Shown in pieces: positions 9,563-18,542 of a stretch of 55,217 bases of DNA; positions within the stretch are counted from its first letter, which is position 1; every line of letters begins with the position of its first letter. Location: NCBI GenBank assembly GCA_013154175.1, contig JAADCZ010000064.1, positions 1-55,217 on the forward strand, read 5' to 3'. This DNA comes from Thermodesulfobacteriota bacterium. Lineage in GTDB: Bacteria > Desulfobacterota > Dissulfuribacteria > Dissulfuribacterales > QOAL01. A program made the translations under genes and the position numbers. The notes beneath the pieces are model-generated. The model ran no database searches. It saw only the letters and a program-made list of their open reading frames with translations, and had not been told where the DNA came from.

Positions 9563-10831
9563 CTACTTAAAGGTATTTGGCCCCCAAAAGGGGAAGTAGT
9601 CCCTACGGCCATATTTGACCACTAGCCTTTGATCCTGACCGTTAGCTTGCATGGCAAAAAGGTGCTTGTCGCCCCTGATTCTCGTTGAGGAAAACAGGAT
9701 TTGCCTTCCGTCTGGAGACCAAGACGGATTTTCATTGCTTCCCTCAAAGGTAAGCTGTACAGGATCTCCTCCCTGGGGTGATATGGTAAATATCTGAAAT
9801 TTTCCGTTAATCCTGCTAACGTACACTATTCTGTCCCCTGCCGGCGACCACTGTGGATCGGTGTTGTAGCTTCCCGAATAGGTCAAGCGGCGACTTTTGC
9901 CTGTGGCCACATCCATCAGGTAAAGCTGAGGCCCACCTGCCCTATCGGAGACAAAAACAATCTGTCTTCCATCTGGGGAAAAGGATGGAGATACATTGAT
10001 ACCCGGCCCCCTGGTAAGCCTGCGCAGTACCTTGCCATGCAAATCGATAAGGTATATGTCTGGACTTCCACCTTTACTTAGGGCAACTGCAAGTTTTTTA
10101 CCAGAAGGATGCCAGGCCGGTGACATATTCACCCCCTTGAAACAGGATATCCTTCTAATTTTCCCATTGGAGGTATCCTTCAGGTAAAGACAAGGCCGCC
10201 CAGTCTTGAATGCAGTAAAGGCAATATATCTGCCATCCGGGGAATAACGGGGTGACATAACAATGGTATGAAGACTCGTTTCCTGTCTAATGTCAGAACC
10301 GTCGAAACTCGCCGAATATATTTCCCTTTTGGAACCGTTATCAGATACGAAAACAATCCTGGAAAGGGTCAGACCAGGCCGGCCGGTAATGGCCAGTACA
10401 ATCTCATTGGCGAACCTGTGCCCTATCTTCTTGACATCCGATGGGCTGGCAATATATCTCCGGCCCACAAGCATGGATTGATTTGACAAGTCGAAGAGTT
10501 TCAAAATTGCAGTGATAGATTGACCGTTTCTGATAAGGTCGGTGCTGACCCTGTAATCGAGCTTTTGATCATCTGGTGGCTGCTCTGCGTTGTATACCTC
10601 AAAAAAGCCCTCGAACATCAAATCCTTGACCAGGGTTTTGACAATCTTTTCAGCCGTTTGCCTGTTTTCATAGGTAACAGGGGCCACCTGTGGAGGCTGA
10701 ACCAGTATTGGAATCTTTTCAAAGAAGGGAGAGTTTATATCTATGACGATTTTCGCATGACTGTGGCTTTCTGATATGAGGGAGAAAAACAAACAAAATA
10801 CTGCAATTATTAAGGCCTTTCTTTTTAGCAC
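9563..10831 (-). CDS. tolB: TolB beta-propeller protein
   Basis: HRFANEI; repeated SPxWSPDG (PD40) blades; GTG start at 10831 downstream of terminator. Confidence 0.92.
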   Translation of the reverse strand: MLKRKALIIAVFCLFFSLISESHSHAKIVIDINSPFFEKIPILVQPPQVAPVTYENRQTAEKIVKTLVKDLMFEGFFEVYNAEQPPDDQKLDYRVSTDLIRNGQSITAILKLFDLSNQSMLVGRRYIASPSDVKKIGHRFANEIVLAITGRPGLTLSRIVFVSDNGSKREIYSASFDGSDIRQETSLHTIVMSPRYSPDGRYIAFTAFKTGRPCLYLKDTSNGKIRRISCFKGVNMSPAWHPSGKKLAVALSKGGSPDIYLIDLHGKVLRRLTRGPGINVSPSFSPDGRQIVFVSDRAGGPQLYLMDVATGKSRRLTYSGSYNTDPQWSPAGDRIVYVSRINGKFQIFTISPQGGDPVQLTFEGSNENPSWSPDGRQILFSSTRIRGDKHLFAMQANGQDQRLVVKYGRRDYFPFWGPNTFK

Positions 10832-10868
10832 GCTACATACCCCTTGTGAGAAATTGATTAGCCAATAT

Positions 10869-10905
10869 AAAAGGCCCCAGCCGAATTGCAAATCGACTGG
10901 GGCCT
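10869..10905 (-). terminator. Intrinsic terminator of the YeeE-TusA-DsrE operon
   Basis: AGGCCCCAGTCGA/TCGGCTGGGGCCT 13-bp stem then T-run on minus strand. Confidence 0.75.
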
Positions 10906-10947
10906 CTATTTTCCCAGATTTTATTCAGAATTATTTCTAAGGCCTAA

Positions 10948-11139
10948 CTACCACCAACTAACGGTCTGATCAGCCTCAATAATCATCTGAACTAGTTGAT
11001 CATAGTTGGGATCACCAACATAGAGTTTAAACTCGGAAGCATCCCTATCACGGCTAAGGATCTCTACGAGTTTTTTGGTATCTTCGTTGGGCTCGGACCT
11101 ATATACATGCAAGATCTTCATCTTTTTTTCTTCGCTCAT
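10948..11139 (-). CDS. Small conserved protein of YTD cluster (DsrH/TusB-like C-terminus)
   Basis: 63 aa with RBS; ends YDQLVQMIIEADQTVSWW. Confidence 0.75.
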   Translation of the reverse strand: MSEEKKMKILHVYRSEPNEDTKKLVEILSRDRDASEFKLYVGDPNYDQLVQMIIEADQTVSWW

Positions 11140-11157
11140 CCTTTAATCCTCCCCCTG

Positions 11158-11496
11158 TTATTCTTCTGAGCAAGCCGGCGGCGGAGTCTTGCTCTGCTTG
11201 GGCAGGCCGTAAGGAATAATTACATCGGCCTCTCTCAGCCTTTCTCCCAATTCCTCAAGGCTCAACTTGGTGAGTTCTACGCCTTCTACCTCGTCGCCGA
11301 TTGTAAGGGCGTCACCCTCCATGTCCTTAATCCACTCGATATTCTCCTTTTCATAGTTGGAGAAACGGGGATATTCATTATACATGAAAACAGGATAAGC
11401 ATAATGATTCTCGACTGCGAGTCCCAATGCGGAACGCACTGCATCACCAGCATACATCCTGTTTTGCATCAAGAAGTAACATTTTTTGGATTCCAT
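11158..11496 (-). CDS. DsrF/DsrE-fold protein of YTD cluster
   Basis: 'DAVRSALGLA' and 'LREADVIIPY' resemble DsrF/TusC; GGAGG RBS. Confidence 0.72.
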   Translation of the reverse strand: MESKKCYFLMQNRMYAGDAVRSALGLAVENHYAYPVFMYNEYPRFSNYEKENIEWIKDMEGDALTIGDEVEGVELTKLSLEELGERLREADVIIPYGLPKQSKTPPPACSEE

Positions 11497-11513
11497 AACT
11501 TACGCCTCCTCTA

Positions 11514-11846
11514 TTAAAGGACCAGATATTTTCCACACTCGTCAATGATCCCACCGTGGAAGGCCTGGGTTCTCATCTGACGAGGAGTAAGGCCCTTGGG
11601 CACGTCCTTCTCAACATCATAACCTTCACAGGTGTAACTATCTGCACAAATGGCCAGGTCTTCCACATCACACATGTTGGCCAGCTTTACAAAGTCAGGA
11701 TGTTTGGTCAAATGAATTGATTTAAAGGTGAAAAACACCATAACCTTCATCCCAGCCCTCTTGGCAGCGGCGGTAACACCAACCACGTGCCTCATATGCT
11801 GGGGAGAAGTTACAAAGATTCCTAATTTGTTCGGATCGGCTGCCAT
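11514..11846 (-). CDS. DsrE-like sulfurtransferase
   Basis: VMVFFT strand, 'AICADS' Cys, context next to tusA. Confidence 0.8.
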   Translation of the reverse strand: MAADPNKLGIFVTSPQHMRHVVGVTAAAKRAGMKVMVFFTFKSIHLTKHPDFVKLANMCDVEDLAICADSYTCEGYDVEKDVPKGLTPRQMRTQAFHGGIIDECGKYLVL

Positions 11847-11911
11847 TGGTATAAATCCTCCCTCTCTTTAACCTTGACGAAAAACAAACGGAACAACGCT
11901 TCTAGACGTTC

Positions 11912-12169
11912 TTATTTTTTCCTTATGTAGAAGCGCATGAAACCATCGTCTTCCTTCTCACCAAGGTACTCATGCCCTGCCCTAGCACACCAGCCAGGAA
12001 TATCGTTTCTTGAGCCTGGGTCAGTACCGAGAACCTCAAGGATTTCCCCTGAGTTTATCTTCTCTATCTCTTTCTTTGTCCTGAGAAGGGGCATAGGGCA
12101 GCTTAGTCCCTTAGCATCCAAAGTACGTGCTACCTCTAATCCGTCGGGGGCAATTTTGATGTCGCTCAT
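11912..12169 (-). CDS. tusA: TusA family sulfur carrier
   Basis: LDAKGLSCPMP..DPGS..DIPGW. Confidence 0.93.
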   Translation of the reverse strand: MSDIKIAPDGLEVARTLDAKGLSCPMPLLRTKKEIEKINSGEILEVLGTDPGSRNDIPGWCARAGHEYLGEKEDDGFMRFYIRKK

Positions 12170-12220
12170 GTTTCCTCCTTTTTCTATTTTTATATTTTCA
12201 GTTGCTAAACTGAAGCGAAG

Positions 12221-13567
12221 CTACATTTCTACAATAAGTTTGTTGGAGTCCTCGTTCCAATCTACGATGATATACCAAAGCCCCATTGCAAAGAATATCA
12301 AGGCGAGGGTGCCACCATATCCTAGGGCATCTGGCAAATAGAGATGAATTCCAAGTTTTGAACCCTCATGCATGGGCCCAACACCTTCCATGTGAATAGC
12401 CTTGAACCATTTGACCATTATCGCATTGGTAATTCCAAAGAATGGCACCACGAGCCACAGCTTTATCTGACCTTCACCTACACGCCACAAGGTTCCGGAT
12501 CCACATCCGCCTGCGAACATAGCACCCAGACCGAAGAGAATTCCTCCAACAATTGCGCCCCAGCCGAATGTGCCGCGCACATAGTTAACTGGGTCAAGGG
12601 TACGTCTTGCTGCTACAACTGCTTGCTCTGCGGCATCTACAACGTCCTCAAGGGTGTCTGCCAGCTCTTCATCCTTCACCTCATCAGGATCGATCTCGTC
12701 GATTACGTCACTGAGAACAGACTGCACTGCAACTGCTGAACCCCTCTGAGGCACTGCGTACTTCAGAACGGCTGCGCCCATTGCAACAACAAGGATGCTC
12801 AATGCAACAGACTTGGCCAAGGTACAGTCACCTGTCATGTGAGGCTCTCTGAATGCCTGTACCATGCACCAGCGACCTCTTTGCATAGCGTAACCCAAGC
12901 CAGCTGAGATAATTAAGATTCCGCTGAGTGAAGAGACATAATCATCGCTCTGTTTTGCGTAGTAATAGGCTCCCCAGATTACAGCGCCAAGAGATACAAG
13001 ACCTATCAAAATCTTAAGGGCATAGGGGAAATCAAAGTTACGTCCACCCGACGTACCCCAGGTGACATGCTCCATTTCCCAGTAAATGTACTTGAGGCCG
13101 ATAACGACACCGATTATCAGGCCAAGCCACATGGTAAAGCCGTTTGCGGCCAGGTTACCAATGGCGTTATACATTCCACCCACGTTACAGCCACCGGCCA
13201 GTGCAGAACCAATGCCCATGAGGACACCGGCGATTATGGCCTTAACCAATTCCCATGGTGGCGGGAACTTGAATGAAAAGTCGTTGCCCAAACAGGCCGA
13301 TATGAAGGCACCGGCCACAAAACCGATTCCAATCACGGACCCTGAACTGACAACGACACTTGCGGGCTTGGGAAATAGTCCGATTCCGTAGAGAATCCAT
13401 TCCCCCCAATTCCTGATTGCTCCTACTGCCCCCCACGGGCGCCACCAGGCCATGATAAGGATGCTCAAAAGAGCAACCAATAACCCTGTCACCGTGGCAT
13501 TCCATTCTGTCTGGCAAAGAATCTTGAAAAAATTCTTGACCTTTTCCTTGAACAAACCATCGCTCAT
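12221..13567 (-). CDS. YeeE/YedE family sulfur-compound transporter
   Basis: Multi-TM; GGCNVG, RGRWC and GGCGSG Cys motifs. Confidence 0.9.
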   Translation of the reverse strand: MSDGLFKEKVKNFFKILCQTEWNATVTGLLVALLSILIMAWWRPWGAVGAIRNWGEWILYGIGLFPKPASVVVSSGSVIGIGFVAGAFISACLGNDFSFKFPPPWELVKAIIAGVLMGIGSALAGGCNVGGMYNAIGNLAANGFTMWLGLIIGVVIGLKYIYWEMEHVTWGTSGGRNFDFPYALKILIGLVSLGAVIWGAYYYAKQSDDYVSSLSGILIISAGLGYAMQRGRWCMVQAFREPHMTGDCTLAKSVALSILVVAMGAAVLKYAVPQRGSAVAVQSVLSDVIDEIDPDEVKDEELADTLEDVVDAAEQAVVAARRTLDPVNYVRGTFGWGAIVGGILFGLGAMFAGGCGSGTLWRVGEGQIKLWLVVPFFGITNAIMVKWFKAIHMEGVGPMHEGSKLGIHLYLPDALGYGGTLALIFFAMGLWYIIVDWNEDSNKLIVEM

Positions 13568-13673
13568 AAGGCGCTCCCCTCCTCAAGGTGATTAGTCATA
13601 GCACAGGTTAAAGGATAAACATTGCATGAAAAGAACATTAAAGTTATTAATATTTTTTTCCAAAGTAAATTCG

Positions 13674-13702
13674 TGTGTACCAAAATTCACGCACTGTGTC
13701 AA
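13674..13702 (-). promoter_or_regulatory. Putative sigma70 promoter of the YTD operon
   Basis: TTGACA-N17-TACACA with TG extension on minus strand. Confidence 0.5.
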
Positions 13703-13802
13703 GGATTAGTTGAATGACTATTCAGTTGTAAATTCACACGATTGCAGAATCTTAAAATTCTTACTTACAACTCAAAAGCCAAAATCCAGACAGGAGATCA
13801 CC

Positions 13803-16454
13803 ATGAACAAAATCTTACTTTTTTTTGCATTAGCAACTATTGCCTCCATTTTTCTAATGGGTTCTGGCCTTGCCCTCGCAAGCGACGGGGCCTCTGGAAT
13901 TTTCAAAAAGGTCCTGTCAAATGGACTTACTGCAGTTGTGAAGGAAAGTCATAGGGCGCCTGTGGTGGCAGTTCAGATATGGGTCAAGGCGGGCAGTGCC
14001 TATGAAACCGAAAAACAGGCTGGAATTACCCATCTCATAGAGCACATGATATTTAAGGGCACAGAGAAAAGAAAGCCAGGGGAGCTGGCATCTATCATAG
14101 AGTCCCTAGGGGGCACCATCAATGCCTACACCTCCTATGACTACACCGTCTATCACTGCGTGGTACCCAGGGAATATCTGTCCACGGCCCTGGATGTCCT
14201 GGATGATGCCGTGTTTCATTCCACCTTTGACCAGGATGAGCTCGAAAAGGAGAAAAAGGTTGTTCTTGAAGAGATGAAGATGCGCCAGGACAACCCCCAT
14301 GCGAGGCTCTATGAAGACCTGATGAAAATATCCTATCAGGTCTACCCATACAGACGGCCAATAATAGGCTACGAAGAGACGGTCATGGCCTTCACCAGAA
14401 AGGATATCCTCGAGTACATCGGCCAGCACTACCGACCCTGCAACATGGCTGTGATAGTTGCTGGGGATGTGACCCCAGAGGAAGCCACACAAGAGATCGA
14501 AAGGTACTTCGGCAAGGAGCAGAAACGGGAGTGTTCCCAGCCAAACTTTCCCCAGGAACCTCCCCAGACGAGCCCCAGAATGATCAGCACCTCCATGGAC
14601 TGCAACGAGGGCTACCTGGCCATGTCCTTTTCAGGTGTGCCCAACTTCAACCATCCTGATGTGCCTGCACTGGATCTGCTGTCCACATATCTTTCAGACG
14701 GGGAGAGTTCCCTTTTGGTATCCAGGCTCAAGAACCAGATGCAGCTCGTCCATTCCATTAGTGCATCTGCCTTCACCCCCATGGGCCCAGGGCTGTTTGA
14801 GATAACGGCAGACATAGATCCTCAGAATCTCGAGAGGGCACTTGTTGGAATCTTGTCGGAGACTTTCAGGGTAAAAGATCAGGAGATCTCCCAAAAGGAG
14901 CTGGAAAAGGCAAAAACCCAGCTCATCACCGACTTCCTCTTCAGTCAGGAGACCATGGAGGGAGAGGCTAGAAAGCTTGGAGTCTTCCAAATCCTTGCAG
15001 GGGATGCCTCAAAGGAGATGGAATACATTGAAAAAATCAAGCAGCTTACTGCTAAAGATCTCTTGGAAGTGGCTAGAAAGTACCTCGTCCCAGAAAGACT
15101 GAACCTTTCACTGGTCTTTCCAGAGGCCACCCCTGCCAATTTTGACGATAAAGACCTTCAAAAGGTGTTGATGGAAGCTGCAGCCGGCGGTGCCATACTA
15201 GCTGATCAAGACCTTGGCCCAAAGAGCAATGTACAACGATTCACCATAGGAAACGGTGTTACACTCTTGTGTCTCGAGGCCCACGACCTGCCCACCGTTG
15301 GTGTGCGTATAGTGATGCCAGGAGGCCTCAGGTACGAAACTCCTGCAACGAATGGCATCTTCAACATGCTGGCCAAGGCCTGGACAAAGGGCACAACCCT
15401 TCATAACGCCCAGACACTTTCTGAAATCATTGATGGAATGGGCGCAGAAATAAACGGATTCTCCGGGCAAAACTCCTTTGGTCTGAAGGCAAGGTTCACC
15501 AGCGACGCCTTCAAAAGGGGCCTTGCCCTTTTGACAGAGATTCTTCTGTCCCCATCCTTTCCAGAAAAGGAAATAGAGAAACTCAAACCCCAGATCCTTG
15601 CCAGGATCAAACAGCAAGACGACTACATGCCATCTGTGGCAATCAGGGAGTTCAAGAAACTGCTTTTTGCCCCACACCCCTACAGCATGAACATCTTGGG
15701 AACGCCAGAGAATGTTCTCAGATTCTCCAGGGAGGACCTACTCACCACTTACAACAACTATGTGGTTCCAGACAGGGCCATAATCGCCGTTGTGGGTGAC
15801 TTTGATACGAAGGCCCTCAAGTCAGAGCTTTCAACCCTTCTGAGCAGATGGGAAAACATGGCAGAGGGCTTTTTGCCCTCTCCGCCTGCACCAGAGGTGC
15901 TCTCGACCCCAAAAGTTGTAAACATCCACAGACAGAAGGAGCAGGAACACATGGTCCTGGGCTTCATGGGGCCATCTGTAACCAGTCGGGACCGCTACTC
16001 AGTGGAGGTCCTCAACGCCATACTCGCCGGACAAGGAGGCAGACTCTTCAGAGACCTTCGTGACAAGCAGTCCCTTGCCTACGCTGTCACTTCCCTGTTG
16101 AATCTTGGAGTGGATTATGGTTTTATCGCCGCCTACATAGCCTGTTCACCAGAGAAGAAAAAGATTGCCCAGAAGGGTTTGTGGAAGGAACTTTACAGCA
16201 TACAGGAAGACCTTCCCTCCCAGGCCGAGGTGGACAGGGCCAAGAACTGGTTGATTGGACGGTACCAGATTTCATTGCAGACCCCAGGGGCCAAGGCCAT
16301 GAACATGGCCATAAACGAACTTCTAGGGCTGGGGTATGACTTTTCCTCGAGGTACCCGGAACTTATTAGGCAGGTTACCCCTGAAGACGTCAGACTCGCT
16401 GCCAAGAGATACTTTAATTCCCAAGCCTATGTATTGGTAACCGTTGGACCATGA
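13803..16454 (+). CDS. M16 (pitrilysin-like) zinc peptidase with signal peptide
   Basis: Inverted HxxEH (HLIEH), NAYT; duplicated halves; AGGAG before ATG 13803. Confidence 0.92.
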   Translation: MNKILLFFALATIASIFLMGSGLALASDGASGIFKKVLSNGLTAVVKESHRAPVVAVQIWVKAGSAYETEKQAGITHLIEHMIFKGTEKRKPGELASIIESLGGTINAYTSYDYTVYHCVVPREYLSTALDVLDDAVFHSTFDQDELEKEKKVVLEEMKMRQDNPHARLYEDLMKISYQVYPYRRPIIGYEETVMAFTRKDILEYIGQHYRPCNMAVIVAGDVTPEEATQEIERYFGKEQKRECSQPNFPQEPPQTSPRMISTSMDCNEGYLAMSFSGVPNFNHPDVPALDLLSTYLSDGESSLLVSRLKNQMQLVHSISASAFTPMGPGLFEITADIDPQNLERALVGILSETFRVKDQEISQKELEKAKTQLITDFLFSQETMEGEARKLGVFQILAGDASKEMEYIEKIKQLTAKDLLEVARKYLVPERLNLSLVFPEATPANFDDKDLQKVLMEAAAGGAILADQDLGPKSNVQRFTIGNGVTLLCLEAHDLPTVGVRIVMPGGLRYETPATNGIFNMLAKAWTKGTTLHNAQTLSEIIDGMGAEINGFSGQNSFGLKARFTSDAFKRGLALLTEILLSPSFPEKEIEKLKPQILARIKQQDDYMPSVAIREFKKLLFAPHPYSMNILGTPENVLRFSREDLLTTYNNYVVPDRAIIAVVGDFDTKALKSELSTLLSRWENMAEGFLPSPPAPEVLSTPKVVNIHRQKEQEHMVLGFMGPSVTSRDRYSVEVLNAILAGQGGRLFRDLRDKQSLAYAVTSLLNLGVDYGFIAAYIACSPEKKKIAQKGLWKELYSIQEDLPSQAEVDRAKNWLIGRYQISLQTPGAKAMNMAINELLGLGYDFSSRYPELIRQVTPEDVRLAAKRYFNSQAYVLVTVGP

Positions 16455-16457
16455 CAG

Positions 16458-17282
16458 ATGCTTAAACGTATCAGTCTCACAGTAAAGCACGACTCGGAAC
16501 AGGCTGAGGAAATTGCCAGGAAGGTGGAGGCGTTCCTGCGTCTCCACGAGGTGGATGTGTCCCGAAACGGCATCAGACCCGATGACGAGGCCGTTGTGGT
16601 CGTGGGGGGCGATGGCACATTGCTGCACGTGGCTGCAAAGGCCTTTGAACGGGACCTCCCACTGCTTGGCATCAATGCCGGAGGGCTCGGATTCCTCACC
16701 GAGGTACACACCGATGAAATGGACGAGGCCCTCGAAAGACTGGTTACTGGCTCATTTGAACTCGACAAGAGAATGGTTCTTGCCGTCAGTGTCCAGGACG
16801 AAAAGGGAGGGGTTGTAAGGCAATATACGGCACTCAACGAGGCAGTGATAACCAAGGGGGCCCTTTCCAAAATAATCCGAATAAATACCTGGGCAGACGG
16901 CAGTTTCCTCACCACCTACCGGGGAGACGGACTGATAATTTCCACTGCCACTGGCTCGACAGGCTATAACCTTTCGGCTGGAGGGCCGATAATCCACCCG
17001 AAAATAGAGGTTATGGTGCTGACCCCTATTTGCCCCTTTGCACTCAGTGCTAGGCCCCTGATTCTCTCTGGCTCATCCACGATAAAGGTAGAAGTGCAGG
17101 ACATACAACAAGAGGTCTGTCTCGACATAGATGGTCAGACAGGCATTGAACTTCAGAAGGGTTATGTCATTACGGTCTCGAGACAGAAGGGTTATCTAAA
17201 GCTCGTAAAGTCTCCCCACAGGGACTATTTCACAATACTCAGGGAAAAGCTCGGCTGGACCAGGGCCATTCCAATCCCCTGA
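16458..17282 (+). CDS. nadK: NAD(+) kinase
   Basis: GGDGT, GxLGFL, NE, TGSTGYNLSAGGP. Confidence 0.95.
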   Translation: MLKRISLTVKHDSEQAEEIARKVEAFLRLHEVDVSRNGIRPDDEAVVVVGGDGTLLHVAAKAFERDLPLLGINAGGLGFLTEVHTDEMDEALERLVTGSFELDKRMVLAVSVQDEKGGVVRQYTALNEAVITKGALSKIIRINTWADGSFLTTYRGDGLIISTATGSTGYNLSAGGPIIHPKIEVMVLTPICPFALSARPLILSGSSTIKVEVQDIQQEVCLDIDGQTGIELQKGYVITVSRQKGYLKLVKSPHRDYFTILREKLGWTRAIPIP

Positions 17283-17290
17283 AAAAACTT

Positions 17291-17322
17291 GGCCCAGACT
17301 AAAACCTCTGTCTGGGCCTTTT
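17291..17322 (+). terminator. Intrinsic terminator between convergent genes
   Basis: GGCCCAGAC/GTCTGGGCC stem then TTTT; A-run upstream suggests it is bidirectional. Confidence 0.7.
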
Positions 17323-17365
17323 CAATTCACGGGTATTAGGCAAAATCCTCAACCAATAAGAGGCA

Positions 17366-17704
17366 TCAAGCCTCATTGGCCTTGTCATCAAATTTGATCT
17401 TGGTCAGAAGCCGTTCCTTTTCCTTTTCCATGGCCTCTTTTCCTGCCTCGAGGGCAGACTCGATAACAGCCTTTTTGGACTCAACTACTTCTTTACTCTT
17501 TTCAATAAGCTCTGTTGCCTTCTCCTTGACCTCATCTGCAACCTTGAGGGCCTCGTCCTTGGCGACACTTGCCTGATCCTTCAAGAGCTCCCTTGTCTCG
17601 GTACCAGATTTTGGAGCTAGCAGCAAGGCTAGCCCTGCCCCGACAGCACTGCCAAGAAGAAATGCAAGGGCTACGCTTCCACCTGAAAAACGACCGTTAC
17701 TCAT
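17366..17704 (-). CDS. YtxH domain protein
   Basis: FLLG..VGA..ALLLAPKSG.ETR. Confidence 0.9.
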   Translation of the reverse strand: MSNGRFSGGSVALAFLLGSAVGAGLALLLAPKSGTETRELLKDQASVAKDEALKVADEVKEKATELIEKSKEVVESKKAVIESALEAGKEAMEKEKERLLTKIKFDDKANEA

Positions 17705-18324
17705 TTATTTTCACCTCCTTTATGGATGTTGTCTGTGACATATTCAATGGAGGCCTTCATTCCAACTGCCAAGCTGGCAAGCTGTACGGCAAGGCCTGTC
17801 ACCCCTCCCCTTACGATGCTTGTAACCATTCTGACAGTCTGGCCAGCCTCGTCTATTGCATCGAAGAGCTGGTCGGTTGCCCTAATCTTTTCCTGGATTT
17901 CACAGGTAATCTCATTGACTCCACTTACGAGCTCCTTCGTTTCCTGCAACAAGGGGGGCACATCTTTTTCAAGCCTTTCATCCACGAGGGATTCTATGGC
18001 CTTCAACTTGGACAAAGCATCTGAAATGTCAGCCATGACCTTGCCTGCTTGCTGCTGCAAGGCTTCGATGTGTACCTGTACATCCGTGATGGTTTCATTC
18101 AGATTGTCTTCGAGGTCCTTGGCGCCATCCAGAACAGGTTGAAGCTGGCGGACCCTTTCGTCAACCGAATCCAAGGTCTTGTTGACCTTTTTCAAGGTGG
18201 AACGCAGGGATGCCACCAGCATTACGAAACATATAGTAACCACCACGAGGCACAGGGCTACTATGGCATAAAAGATATATTGGGGTGACCCCAAAAACTG
18301 TTCCAGATTCACGCAAACCTCCAT
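17701..18324 (-). CDS. DUF948/YoxC (YtxG-like) membrane-anchored coiled-coil protein
   Basis: One TM helix then long heptad helix; ATGA-coupled to YtxH gene. Confidence 0.7.
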   Translation of the reverse strand: MEVCVNLEQFLGSPQYIFYAIVALCLVVVTICFVMLVASLRSTLKKVNKTLDSVDERVRQLQPVLDGAKDLEDNLNETITDVQVHIEALQQQAGKVMADISDALSKLKAIESLVDERLEKDVPPLLQETKELVSGVNEITCEIQEKIRATDQLFDAIDEAGQTVRMVTSIVRGGVTGLAVQLASLAVGMKASIEYVTDNIHKGGENK

Positions 18325-18542
18325 GAAACCACTTGACCGCCACTTAACCTACTAAAAAGACATTAAGTCATAGGGGTTCCAATTGCAACTCATGTGAGAT
18401 TTTGTGAAATTTGTGACACGAATTGCAAAATCACTATTGACCCGGCACACTCGATAGCTATTTTAATTAGAAAGATTATTTTTTAACTATTTTCATTTCC
18501 AAATCTTACGGTTCTATAAACCACTCAACATGGAGGGATGCC

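Noticed and set aside
10832-10891. Longer ORF-track starts for tolB (also icd, M16, HDOD, cobQ, pyrF, flgB, USP-like)
   Set aside because: The extensions overlap terminators, promoters or neighbouring genes, or lack homologous content; downstream starts fit better
10948-13567. Selenocysteine recoding in the sulfur-relay genes
   Set aside because: All five genes end in TAA or TAG and are full length without in-frame TGA
16452-16460. In-frame TGA-CAG-ATG between M16 peptidase and nadK as a readthrough site
   Set aside because: Both proteins are complete, one is exported and one cytoplasmic; I know of no such fusion
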